A stretch of 64,000 nt of DNA from Eledone cirrhosa (Eukaryota), in NCBI GenBank assembly GCA_964016885.1, contig OZ024742.1:82398001-82462000 (forward strand). The letters are read 5' to 3'. The translations under genes were made by a program, and so were the position numbers. The notes below the pieces were generated by a model. That model was not told the DNA's origin, made no database searches, and was given only the letters and a program-made list of their open reading frames with translations. Positions 26,406 through 39,556 of the stretch are shown here, piece by piece (position 1 is the first letter of the stretch; each line of letters opens with the position of its first letter).

Positions 26406-27534
26406 TGGGGATACCATTAATAACAAAAAACAAATCCTCCATTCCCATTATGCCAAACCCATGACTTCCAAATATCTGATCGACCGAAACTCCGCTGTTT
26501 CGGACCATACGAAAATCAACATACTGATTGCGGATTTGGTACGGGTGATGAGAAACGTGTCCCGCATGTGCAACCCCAAAGAACTAGAGAGAGACATACA
26601 ACACTTCATCCACCGTATGCAGTTCTCTGGTTACAATCAGAGAGATAAAATCAGAGTATATAGAGGAGCCAGAACCAAATGGGAAAAAATGGTAAATAAT
26701 GACACAAATGGGACCTGCCCCTTGTATAGGAGCAAATTTTGGAATAGAATAGAAATAACTAGGAATAAGGCTAATAGAATAAACTCAGGGTATGATAGCA
26801 ATAAATACCAGAGTGTAATGTTCATCGATACCACCCCTAGAGCTTACAAATTTAGAAGGGCCCTAGATTAACATAAACTCAATATTAAGAGAGTAGAAAG
26901 ACCCGGTACCTCCATAAAAACTCTTATTAATAATACATACCCTTTTCAAAGACCTCCCTGTATAGATAAGAAATGTATAATCTGTAAATTAAGCCCCCAT
27001 ATTAACTGTAAAACTAGAAATGCAGTATATAGCATAAGATGTACTGAAGGACAATGTAGTGATAAATATATAGTGTACGTAGGTGAGACAGCTCGTAGTA
27101 TAGGCGAACAGATAAATGAACACTGGCGAGAACTTCAAGATAGTAAAGAATCATCTGTACTCTACCAACATGCTATAATAGAACATAAGGGTAAATTAGA
27201 GAACGTAGAAATAAAAATGGAATCTACACACAGAAAAGACGCAATGTTTAGAGGCAATAAACATAAATGAACTCCAACCAAAATTAAATAGAAAACATGA
27301 ATGGAACAGCAACATCACAACTTAAAAATTAAGGACAAAATGAAAACACACACGCACATAGAACAAACAACCAACCAGTAACATGTAAATAAACAAATAA
27401 ATAACCGAATATAAACACACACAAACAGCCGGATGTAACACATACGCAAACTAAGCACACACCACACACACAAAAACAAGATGGCGTAGGACAGAACAAA
27501 GGAGAGGCGCTAAAACAAAGAAAAGAATCCCCAT

Positions 27535-27576
27535 TCACTGAAGAGGTCACACAATGTCTGACGAAAGAACTTTGAC
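27535..27576 (+). ncRNA. Hammerhead-like motif in 3' pLTR
   Basis: tca CTGAAGA g gtcacacaatgtctgac GAAA gaactt tga. Confidence 0.6.
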
Positions 27577-27782
27577 AATATATAAACTATCATCTGGTTG
27601 TGGAACCAACCAAACAACCGGAAATTTATAAATTCCTAAATTTATGAAGTTATTATAATAAATTGAAGTGAAAGCTTGTGGTGCGTGTGTTTCTTATTGG
27701 CAACATGACCCTCCCAAAGTATAACAATATCGGTTTCAACACACGTTTTCAGATAAAGACTCTTGCTAAACAAATTCAGAAA

Positions 27783-27834
<52 letters not shown>

Positions 27835-27929
27835 GTTTTATTGGGAGCATGACCCTGCCAAAGTATAACAATATCTGTTTCACCACACGCTTTCAGATAA
27901 GAAATCCTCGCAAAACAAATTCAAAAACG

Positions 27930-28007
<78 letters not shown>

Positions 28008-29159
28008 AGTGTAGCCAAACATCATTTCGGGTTTTATAAACAGGAAATACAAGCTTGTCCGGAATCTCGAATTCACTCAATGCATTCAATCCATATTCAA
28101 AATCTATCCAATTATATTTATTTTACTCACATATAAACAATTCATAAAAGTCAATTCATTTCTGCATCATTCCCTTCTGTTATGTGAACTTGGTTTCCTA
28201 TCCATTATATATTTATCATAAGCTACTTCGGAGACAAAACTCATGATTTCTATTATAATTAAAATAATGAAACATCCTATCTGTAAAATATAAAGGTAAA
28301 TAACTTATATATTTAGCTGACACTATCACAGTTATCATTTCTTCTATGTCAACAAAAAGCAATATTTCTTTAGTGGTCTAGTTTATATATGAAACCGAAA
28401 TCCTACATTTAATATCACCTTTCTTTATCATATATCCGTTATCTAATACCATATAAGCAATAAATAATAATAATATGCAAAATTGAATTTAAATGACATC
28501 TATTATTTCGCATTTCTTATCAAATTCCATTGTTCCCAAAGGTAAATCCCGCTTTAATATCAATAACTGTTTCTCGATTCTTTCTCTTCATATTCTATTC
28601 TGGCAATTTTTCAAGCTATATCTTATTTTCGACTTTTCATGGCACATTGCGTTTGAAGTTATTGTATAGGGTGATACGTTCAACAAACAGTTTAAATGTC
28701 CTTGTCTACAAAATCAATATTTTCCTACAACAGATGGGATGTCAAGGAAACCACTTAGACATTTGTTCTAGCATCAGAAAAGAGCTTCATGAAACATCCT
28801 TATCAGATATGCATAACTGGAATATACGCACAAATATATATAGGCAGATATGTATGTATATATGTATGTATGTTTGTTTATATGTCTGTATGGTTTTCTG
28901 GTTTCATAATGTTATAATTTTTTACCAATAGAGAGTCAGTTTCTAACGTAGACACAAGACATTTTCATTGACATTTAGACACATTAACTAGGTAAGTATG
29001 TCTGCATGTCTGCATATATGTGTGTGTGTGTGTGCGTGCGTTTGTGTGTGCGTCTATAGATATATATGTTATTGTATGTGTGGATCCGTATGTTTTGAGC
29101 TATATCTGTGCAGGTGCATATGTCCTGTATCTGTACATACAGTGTATATACAGTTATTA

Positions 29160-29815
29160 AAGTTTTGGAATGTTTTACATATTTTACAGTTCAATAAATT
29201 TTGGTTCTGTGAAGCCAAGCTTCTTAAGATTTGTACTGGGGCAGTTAATAACATATCCCAGATCCCTAATAACTACAGTTATAAATATGAAGGTATAGTA
29301 GTCAGGGTGGAGTGTCTGCAGATTCCTCATGAGTTCTTCATCGATGTTCTCTTTTCGATAATCTTTAATATCATATTGGCCTCTGCTTGGCAGCTAACCT
29401 TTACTAGTAAGCATGCCTTCTTTTCTCTGTACTATGTCAATTTATCTGGCCTGAGTTCAAATCCCACCCAGGTTAACTTTGCCTTTCATCCTAGCGGTGT
29501 CAATAAAATAAAGTACCAATAACCCACTGGGATAATGACAGGCCTTATGCCAAACTTAGAAACAATTATATTGAATTTTGACTGGAACATCCCATAGTGC
29601 TTTTACCTTTTATGTATGTATATCTTCTACATTTCTGTAAACTTTAATAGATTTATTGTCGGGTCTAGCCTTTCTACAAATTCCATTGTATATTGTTTTG
29701 GTCACTACATCATGCCTCATAAGTAAATCATATCGTGATGACATATTTGGACAATTGCTTATGACACGTGTAACATATTCGATGTTAATTCTGTAGTCTG
29801 CAATTGTTGTCAAAT
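29160..29815 (-). mobile_element. 3' fragment of an RLE-type (R4/Dong-like) LINE, interrupted by a SINE
   Basis: [21 protein letters not shown] (zinc-finger end plus RHD), then KVSCQ..ELMRNLQTLHPDY..VVIRDLGYV..KICKTF across frameshifts. Confidence 0.7.
29445..29570 (+). mobile_element. 5'-truncated SINE
   Basis: ctgagttcaaatccc..ggttaactttgcctttcatcct..aaataaagtacca..agaaacaattat. Confidence 0.85.
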
Positions 29816-29870
29816 TTATGTATGTAGGTATGATTGCTTGTATGTGTTTACCTATGCATACATACGTGTA

Positions 29871-29969
<99 letters not shown>

Positions 29970-31280
29970 GATTAATTTAAATAGACAATTCTATTGATTG
30001 GTTAATTATTTATGTTTCCTTAATAACATCTAGTTGAGTGCTTTATTTGGTTTGTGTAAAGGAATGTATTCCTTTGTTCAAATTCATAATTTGACCGGCA
30101 AAACCGGGGTTTTCCTCCCTTCGGAAAAACCATGTGTTTACTGCTAATAATCACAACCGGGCGGACTAGAACGAAAACTTGTTGACGAGGTAAATTCCTC
30201 TCTTCTATCTTCCAAAACCTATAACCTGCAGGCGCCTGCAAGTGGATTTTGTCGATTTCGGATTTACAGAAATGTGATATATATTATATGTTATATATTA
30301 TGTGTTATATGTTGTGTATGGTATCAACGCGACGGTCCAAGTTTGTCATATTTTCCTGAGTTCAGTTTTTTTCGTCGCTTCGGTCACTGCCGCTCGCCTA
30401 TCGGTCGGTGTCTTCAATTCGCAAAGCTGTCTAAACGTAATGTTATAACTCTAATGTAATATACCTTATTGAGTGCTTAGCTGCACACCCCGATTGTATT
30501 CGTTAGCTTCGCTGCACCCAGAGCTTCGATTATGCTGTACTAAATTTTATATACATATATATATATATATAAAATACAGTACATGGAGAAGAAAACACAA
30601 AAGGGAATGTTTTTAATTACGAGTGAAAAATCATAAAGTCTACGTAAGGAGTAGAAGATAATTATTAATTAAAAGATTAAATCAACATGTACAGACCAAC
30701 CTTTATAATTATAAAACACATGAACAAAATCTAAGAGAATGTTTTGCCATAAAAAGTGTTGATACCATACTTTCTCAGGACTTCTCAACAAGTGGAAAGA
30801 CAGCATGGTCGACACTTCTAAAGAAACTTTAGACAACTAAAATATCACACATGGTGAAAGAAGAGACGAAACATGCGCGCTATACTGTATATAGAGACAT
30901 GACTGGAAAGAAACACGCTGGAAATAGCAGCCCATAACCATTCAACTTAAGAAGCTCAACTAACATAAAGAAATTAAGTTGGAGCTAAAGTATCAAATGA
31001 AAAATCGGAGTTGAATACTCGCCTCAATCCCCTATAATTTAATGAGCTAAAGGCAGAGGTACAGGGCTTTTCATTACACAGTAGAAGAAAACACAAAATA
31101 GTAGGTTTTCAATTACGAGGAGTAGAAAACAACTAGAGTCTACGAAAGCAGTGGAAAATACATTAAAATAGTAAAATGAAGATCCGGCACCTATCCCTTT
31201 CCATTGAGCTCATTAAATCACAGGGGATTAACGCTAATATTTTCTATCTATATATATATTTATATATGTATATTAAATAC

Positions 31281-31333
<53 letters not shown>

Positions 31334-31337
31334 GATA

Positions 31338-33189
31338 GATAATTTAATATATCAACTAACATAGGCGCACAGATGCACGTCCATGCCAGCAAATACACAG
31401 GTTATGTCATAGTACCTAGGTGGTTCAATGCAGGAGGGTGCAGAACAATAATATAAAAGACGTAAAATAAGAAAATATTTTTTAAAAAATTTTTAAAAAA
31501 TTTTTTACTTACTTACTTAAATTTTCACTCCAACTAATTAGTTTCTGCAATGGGATAAAGACAGTTACATAATCCAACTGTCGAGAATTCATTGCGTCAT
31601 CAGGGAGTCTATTCTCAGCTGAGCCTCCAGGCAATGCGCGGACACTGGCGGCTCATATAAAAATAATAATTCGGTAGAAAGAACAGCTAGGCGAGGACTG
31701 GATTCTATGTACTGAAATTCTCACTGCTTCCAGTCAAATGGCCGATTCTAAAGAATCAATCACGTGACATAGAGGCTAGTTAGAAGGAATGGGATGGTAA
31801 GATGACTGACGCCTAATAACACCCCAAAAAAAATTTTGAAGTGGTTTTGGCAGGTTTGCTCGACAAATCAGTGATTTGGAGATAAATATAGATAATTTAA
31901 TATATCAACTAACATAGGCGCACAGATGCACGTCCATGCCAGCAAATACACGGGTTATGTCATAGTACCTAGGTGGTTCAATGCAGGAGGGTGCAGAACA
32001 ATAATATAAAAGACGTAAAATAAGAAAATATTTTTTTAAAAAATTTTAAAAAATTTTTTTACTTACTTACTTAAATTTTCACTCCAACTAATTAGTTTCT
32101 GCAATGGGATAAAGACATTTACATAATCCAACTGTCGAGAATTCATTGTGTCATCAGGGAGTCTATTCTCAGCTGAGCCTCCAGGCAATGCGCGGACACT
32201 GGCGGCTCATATAAAAATAATAATTCGGTAGAAAGAACAGCTAGGCGAGGACTGGATTCTATGTACTGAAATTCTCACTGCTTCCAGTCAAATGGCCGAT
32301 TCTAAAGAATCAATCACGTGACATAGAGGCTAGTTAGAAGGAATGGGATGGTAAGATGACTGACGCCTACTAACACCCCAAAAAAAAATTTTGAAGTGGT
32401 TTTGGCAGGTTTGCTCGACAAATCAGTGATTTGGAGATAAATATAGATAATTTAATATATCAACTAACATAGGCGCACAGATGCACGTCCATGCCAGCAA
32501 ATACACAGGTTATGTCATAGTACCTAGGTGGTTCAATGCAGGAGGGTGCAGAACAATAATATAAAAGACGTAAAATAAGAAAATATTTTTTAAAAAATTT
32601 AAAAAAAATTTTTTACTTACTTACTTAAATTTTCACTCCAACTAATTAGTTTCTGCAATGGGATAAAGACAGTTACATAATCCAACTGTCGAGAATTCAT
32701 TGCGTCATCAGGGAGTCTATTCTCAGCTGAGCCTCCAGGCAATGCGCGGACACTGGCGGCTCATATAAAAATAATAATTCGGTAGAAAGAACAGCTAGGC
32801 GAGGACTGGATTCTATGTACTGAAATTCTCACTGCTTCCAGTCAAATGGCCGATTCTAAAGAATCAATCACGTGACATAGAGGCTAGTTAGAAGGAATGG
32901 GATGGTAAGATGACTGACGCCTACTAACACCCCAAAAAAAATTTTGAAGTGGTTTTGGCAGGTTTGCTCGACAAATCAGTGATTTGGAGATAAATATAGA
33001 TAATTTAATATATCAACTAACATAGGCGCACAGATGCACGTCCATGCCAGCAAATACACAGGTTATGTCATAGTACCTAGGTGGTTCAATGCAGGAGGGT
33101 GCAGAACAATAATATAAAAGACGTAAAATAAGAAAATATCTTTTTAAAAATTTTTAAAAAATTTTTTACTTACTTAAATTTTCACTCCA
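31338..33189 (+). repeat. Tandem array of a ~554-bp unit, ~3.3 near-identical copies
   Basis: Unit starts gataatttaatatatc at 31338, 31891, 32446, 32999. Confidence 0.97.
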
Positions 33190-33227
33190 GGAGTGAAGAT
33201 TTAAGTAAGTAAGTATCTTCGAGTACG

Positions 33228-33463
33228 ACTCGGAAGGGACCCGTTTTGAAGACGTGGACGACATCAAAAAGGCCGTGGCGACGGAACTGCGGAGGATCGC
33301 GGAAGAATCCTCCTGCTGTGCATGCAAGCGTGGCAGAAATGGATGGAAAGTGCATTAGACTCCAGGGGGATTACTTTGAAGGAAAACACGCTTAGTGTGA
33401 AGTTTGGGTTTGAAATACATCTTGAGTGATATCATTCCTGAAACTTTTCTGACGCACCTCGTA
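33228..33463 (+). mobile_element. Mariner transposon 3' fragment with right TIR and TA
   Basis: GTRFEDVDDIKKAVATELRRI..KCIRLQGDYFEG transposase C-terminus; ends aaacttttctgacgcacctcg-TA. Confidence 0.88.
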
Positions 33464-33517
33464 TATACACATATATATGTGTGTATATGTATATAAATGT
33501 TTATATATGTATATATG

Positions 33518-33785
33518 TGGAGGCACGTGCCCTAGTGGTAAGAGTGCTCGACTTACGATCATAATGTCGTGGGTTCGATTCCTGGGCTGCGTGTTGTGTT
33601 CTTGAGCAAAACACTTCATTTCACGTTGCGCCACTATACTCAGCTGAAAATAAGTACCAGCAGTAGCTGAAGGTTAACCCTGTGATGGAATGGCGTCCTG
33701 TCCAGAGAGCAGTCTTGTACTCTCAGTCGCTTCTGAAACCGGGGTAAGCACCGGCCAATTGAGCCTTCTGGCTAAGACATACTTT
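33518..33785 (+). mobile_element. tRNA-derived SINE of a second family with a CORE-like central block
   Basis: Box A-like gtgccctagtgg, box B ggttcgattcc, tgttgtgttcttgagcaaaacactt, aaccctgtgatgga..cctgtccag. Confidence 0.85.
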
Positions 33786-34314
33786 AGGCTTTTTTTATAT
33801 GTATATATATGGGTATATATATATATGTATATATATGTTTATATATATGCATATATATATATATGTATTTAATATATGTATATATATGTATACAGTGTTA
33901 CTCTACAATTAAGGAGCCGTATTTATATATCTATATCGAAAATTAAGATAAATCAAAGTGTTGAAAGGACTTGACTGCTGTTTCTAGTTGTCGATAACCC
34001 TATTCACGCCACTGGGACGAAGCTGCAATGATGTGTGTATTTTTAGTAGATACAGCACGTGTTACTGGCCAGTCGCTGATTTGAACTTAATGCGTAAACA
34101 CAGATGGCTGGACTTTTTCCTTGTTGAAAATCCAAGTATCGGCCTCCGTGGTTTACCATTCGATTAATTGGTGAAATATATGTCTTTAATGGAATATATA
34201 ACCAAATAAATGGAATATATAACCAAATAAATATATATATATATATTTTTAAATAAGACTCTAGTTGCATTTTCGATTTCATCTTTCTTTCTTTATATAA
34301 ATATATAAGTATAC

Positions 34315-34397
<83 letters not shown>

Positions 34398-34401
<4 letters not shown>

Positions 34402-34750
34402 TGAATAAAAGTCAAATGATCAAAATTTAGCTTCGTTTATTGACTCCAGTTCCCCAGTGAATTAACAACCCAACAAGGAACTGGGCATATCAGACTATTG
34501 ACAATATCATACACCTAAACAACATATGTACTTGTCTATACCATACTAATTCAAACTGCCTGAAGAGGTCACAGCCAAAGATGGCTGTCACTGAAATATA
34601 TATAGCAGTAATAAACGAAGCTAAATTTGACTCATTTGACTTTTATTTAACTTTATTTTACACTACTCCGGAGTAACCAAACCAACCTGCGCACTTCGTC
34701 GAGTGCTCCAGCCTGCATACTGAGGTGTTGGTATACAACCAACATAAAGT

Positions 34751-34755
<5 letters not shown>
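34398..34755 (+). mobile_element. Miniature hammerhead-bearing element: 45-bp inverted copy, body, hammerhead, 45-bp terminus, ~100-bp tail
   Basis: 34398-34442 is inverted relative to 34610-34653; (TA)n on both sides. Confidence 0.75.
34555..34609 (+). ncRNA. Type I hammerhead ribozyme motif (predicted cut after AUA, 34604)
   Basis: actgc CTGAAGA ggtc-acagcc-aaagat-ggctgt-cact GAAA tatata TA gcagt; perfect 5-bp stem I, palindromic stem III. Confidence 0.85.
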
Positions 34756-34819
<64 letters not shown>

Positions 34820-34869
34820 TATACATATATATAAGTATACATATATATATATGTGTGTGTGTGTGTCAT

Positions 34870-37320
34870 GCCATCTATATTTTTTTGTAATTGACCTTTG
34901 ATGTGCTTCAACTTTCATGATACGTTGTTTCGTTTGGGGAGACCAAAGTGGACAATAGTATTCAAGGTGTGGTGAGGCAAAAGTCGAGAAGAGAAGCATG
35001 ACATTGTGGATATCTCACGACTGGACGGTTCTGAGAATCTAGAAACACATTCTGCGGGCCTGTCAACTTTGCTATTTATATGTGTGGCCCAGCTTAAGTC
35101 TTTTTCACAATTACTCCCAAGTCTCTGATGTTGTTTGATGCCATGATAGTTTCACCTGAAGGGAGATAGTATGTGAGTTTCAGAGTATCATATTTTCCAA
35201 AGTGGAGCATATTGTTTTTTTCCGCCCATTGGATAACAGCCAGTAGGTTTGACTGAAGCCAAGGCCGGTCACACAACACATCGATGAACTTATGGAGCTT
35301 GGAATCATCTGCAATGTTTCTTATGTTGCTGTGCCTGATGATTTCAGTAATGACATTAATGTAGATGATGAAAAGAACTGAGCCCAACGCTGTCTAGCGG
35401 GACGCCATTTCTGACTTTGGCTGGGCTTGATTGTACTCCTTCGACTACACCATGCTGGGTTCTGTCTGTCACGAAACACTTGATCCACTGAGGTAACTTT
35501 CCAGAGACACCAGCGTTGGATAGTTTTTTTCAATAGAATAATATGATCAACCCTGCCAAAGGGCTTGCTGAAATCAAGTTAGATGATATTAGTGTTGGAG
35601 CCCTCTCCAAAGGCTCTCAAAATATCATCAATTGATGCAGAAGCTGCATTAGGCAGCTCCTTCCATTACGGCTGGTTGGAGGTCAGCAGTCTGATGCATT
35701 CGAGAAATTGGGTTATTCGTGACCTCACCGACCGCTCAAATACATTGATGATATAAGAGGTGAGTGAGATCGGACGGTAGTTCACTGAAAGGGATTTGTT
35801 TCCCTTTTAGAAAACTTAGACAACAGACTGGGACAGAAGGTTTTCAGGAATATAGCCAGCATCCAGAGAGTTCCTCCACAGATTAGCAAGAAGAGATGCA
35901 AGTTGGTGTCGACACACCTTCAAGACACAAGCAAGGAACTTGTCGGGGCCTACTGCTGAATTGTGTTTAATTTCGTTTATTGCCGCTAAGACATCAGTGG
36001 AACCAAACGTTATGACAGATATAGTGTGTTGGGGATTAACATCACTGAATCAGTCCAGATCGGCTATATCAAGATTGCTGAAAACAGAGCAGTATTGCTT
36101 CTGCAGTATCTCACCCATAGCTTTGGCATTATCTAGGATTGTGCCATTTTCATCAATTAGAGGGCCAAAAGTGGGAAGAGTGAGCTCATGTTTTTTCGCA
36201 AATGAAAAGAACACTTTGGGGTTGTTTGCTTTTTTCAATGCCCATTTCTCCTCAGCTGTTCTTTGATTATTGATGATGGTCGTCATGCAATGTTGGAGGT
36301 TATATTCTTTTCATTCAAGCAGTGTGATAGCCGTCGAATGTGTGTGTTGCTGCTGGCAGTATTTTAGTGTGCTAATATTTCTGTTTGTTCTTTTTATTGT
36401 TATTATAATAGTTTTTCTGTTTTGGGAGATACTGCACTTGGTTTTATTTACAGGTCTTGGTGGGGAGTGTTTTGCACATATATTTGAGATAGTGTCTACA
36501 AAGATCTGCCAAGATGTTATGATGTTGGTGGAAATGAGTGCGTGGGTAAAAGACCAGACAACATATGATAGCTCGTTCGTGATTTGCATCCCAGTTGGCA
36601 TTATAGAGAATCCATGTTATCAAATGTGAGGGTGGGGAGCTGAAGAGACGTCACTAGGATAAGCTGTCGGCTGGTGGAATCTCAGGTTACAAAGAACCAT
36701 GTCATGGTCTGAAAGAATGGTTTTTTCCACTGTAATATTATGTATTGTTTTAGTGTGGTTACTAAACATTAGGTCCAAATGTTCTTCTGATACCTTCTTG
36801 GTGCAAGGACAGGTTGGAACAAGAAAACCTCATTGATACAGTGGAGAAGTGAGTCAACTGCTTCTTTGGCAGTGGTTGAGTTGGGAGTGCCTGGTTTCAA
36901 ACTATTTGTAGACCAATCAACACAGGGTGGATTAATGTCTCCCATCAAATATATGTTACTAAAATGTCACTGTTGAATAAAGCACTTAATGCTGTTGAGG
37001 TATACTTTGAAGCGCATTATAGGTCTTTGAGGTAGCCTATAGAGACCAACTACTATCAGGTCATTGGGTTTGTTGTGCACCGTGACTGATTCAGTGTAGC
37101 CATTGCGGAATGTGATATTTCCATCTACAGTAAAGGAATCATGCAGGAAAATGACAGTTCCACCCTTCCTTCGGCCAAAACGCTCCACGCGGATGGTTGT
37201 GAAATTTCTCACCTTTACTTCGGCCTCCAAGTGGGAGTTGTCAAAGTGGGTCACAGTAAGAATGAAGAAAGGATGTGGAGTGGATAGTTACCAATCCAAT
37301 CCTCAATGAATTGGATCTTC
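34870..37320 (-). mobile_element. Degenerate CR1-group LINE ORF2 (APE endonuclease + RT)
   Basis: VGLYRLP (APE), NPKVFFSFAK, NYRPISLT, LFIIYINVI..ADDSKL, NIRDLGVIV, PHLEYYCPLWSP; many stops. Confidence 0.88.
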
Positions 37321-37507
37321 CATTTCTGTGCATTGATGGATGGGGTGAGAATTTGTATGCATATATATAACGAAGAAGGTGTGGTAAGGAACCAGATGGA
37401 CCATAGCGCACCTGAGTACTCAATACTTAGGGTAATAGAGTGGGTAATAGCCGTCCAGAAATAGCTGTCGAAACGGCTTGAGCTCTGCCGCCGGGGTTAC
37501 ACATGTT

Positions 37508-37581
<74 letters not shown>

Positions 37582-37582
37582 T

Positions 37583-37795
37583 GTAGAGGTTATATTTAAT
37601 TTGTGGGGTTACAGGAGATTCCAACCAGAATTGTTGAATTTTTTAAGGGTATGTCAATATTTATTTATAAAACTAACCTATATTATATTTTGTCTGATGA
37701 AAGCGCACCATAGTTTGCTTTGGTGGCCCTTGAAATATGTATAATGAAATAAATATGGTTTCATAAATATAGTTTCCATTTGTTAATATATTGTA
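37583..37795 (+). mobile_element. Short hammerhead-bearing terminal repeat; motif at 37688-37749
   Basis: ttttgt CTGATGA aagcgcacca..tggtggccctt GAAA tatgta TA atgaaa; reverse complement of 25882-26108. Confidence 0.7.
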
Positions 37796-37800
37796 TATAC

Positions 37801-37858
<58 letters not shown>

Positions 37859-38537
37859 ATGTATATATATATATATATGTACATATATATATAAATATAT
37901 ATATATACATATATATATATAGAGAGAGATACATATATATGTGTGTGTATGTATATATATGTGTGTATATGTATATATATGTCTCATGGTCGGGTCGTTG
38001 GCGACTAAAGTGGAAACACCACCAAGGTTTCTTGGTGAGGAGGGTGACTTTGGACATCCTGCAGGACTAAAAACAAAACCTGTCAAAGGGCAAAGGAGCT
38101 CTTAAGAGTCAATGGCCATCCAAAATCACCGGGAGAGATGACCCCTTAGCCTTTGTCAAGGCAGAATTCTTGGTGAAGGAAAACTCTGATATAACACCTG
38201 CAACCCTGATGGTATCCAATGATGTTGACTTGTTCTTCTTTTTGGTAAATATCATCTTGGTTAAGAGAGTGGGACTGGCTTTGTGCAGTGCCTTTGCTTA
38301 CTATAAAAGCTTCACGGCACAGGCATTACTTTGTATCTGGAGATCTCTCAGCACTTGTCATTACATGGTACCATGGGCCCAGCACTATGTGTCAATAATT
38401 GTCACAGGTGTAGTGTTTGTACCAGAGTTTTCAAGTGGCTGGCTGGACTAAAAAGTCACACTCGTTCAGCGCATTGGTAGGGGTTCTGCTACATGGATAT
38501 AAAGTAGTGGCCGTACTCTAAAACAAGTTGGCAGCCA

Positions 38538-38596
<59 letters not shown>

Positions 38597-38623
38597 AATG
38601 TATATGTATATATATATGTATGA

Positions 38624-38689
<66 letters not shown>

Positions 38690-38693
<4 letters not shown>

Positions 38694-38998
38694 TAAAATA
38701 ACAGATTAAAATTTAAGCAAAGAATCGCTTATTCGATTAGGGAACATTTCCACGAACCAAAGTATCGTCTCCCTGTCTTCCTCCGGCTGCAACGTTTTTT
38801 GAAATATTCACTTCTGCGTTCACTGATTGACTTTGATAGTTTCAGAAGATCTCGTTAAGGGTGAAAGCAGAGATTCTTTGCTTAAACTTTAATCTGTTAT
38901 TTTAATAAATATTTGCTCTACGGTTCTTATATATTTGATATATATTTATCCTTATCAAGCCATCTTTGGATTTTAGTCTTCAAATTTATTATTATTAC

Positions 38999-39000
<2 letters not shown>
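38690..39000 (+). mobile_element. Small non-coding element with 5' inverted duplication and tail; relatives at 42068-42670 and 44835-45060
   Basis: 38691-38726 is inverted relative to 38871-38906; CAGAAGA..GAAA hammerhead-like relic at ~38843-38870. Confidence 0.65.
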
Positions 39001-39037
<37 letters not shown>

Positions 39038-39039
39038 TA

Positions 39040-39496
39040 ATAATAGGAATTCCAACTTTGTCTGATTTACTCGTTTTATTTACAATCCTCTAAAATGTAT
39101 AATGGTATTATAATGAAATAGTATAATAGAATATTAAATTCTAAGTGTTAATTGAACAAGTACTTTCATGCTTTCGCAATCTTCCGGTTCATAATATGTG
39201 GTGACAGTCAAGTTTGCAATGTTCAACTGTAATGAGATGGGTAAATCGTGTACCTTATATACAGTGAAAAGTGGCTCCAGAATGGTAAATCTTGCAAACT
39301 GTATTTCGACCAATCGCTGTGTAGTTTCACTGAATTACTAAAGCTGATTGGTTTAAGCGTCACGGCTGGTTGAGCATTTCTAACGACCAATAATTAATCC
39401 TATCCTAAGCATCAATTGTTTTGCTATTTTTAGAAATGACGAAAATAGCATTTTCTAGTAATCATCACCATCAACACCACTTTTATTATTATTATT

Positions 39497-39556
<60 letters not shown>

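Larger units (their letters stand above)
26213..27785 (+). mobile_element. 5'-truncated Penelope-like retroelement with inverted pLTR (26213-26410 vs 27530-27730) and ~55-bp 3' tail
   Basis: ORF 26350-26871 RT C-terminal-like (HYAKPMTSK..MQFSGY); Cys-rich linker; GIY-YIG AVY..YVGETARSIGEQINEH; tail partially duplicated at 27832-27933. Confidence 0.88.

Noticed and set aside
28480-28931. Possible coding exon
   Set aside because: No recognisable motif; stops in the minus frame examined, and the plus ORF runs into microsatellite
31338-33189. Retrozyme or CRISPR interpretation of the 554-bp array
   Set aside because: No complete hammerhead found on either strand; no repeat-spacer structure; eukaryotic context
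33518-33590. Possible tRNA gene
   Set aside because: Box A/B present but no complete cloverleaf; continues into a SINE body
37981-38540. Possible RTE 5'UTR relic (gaaggaaaactctga)
   Set aside because: Single short motif, no adjoining ORF
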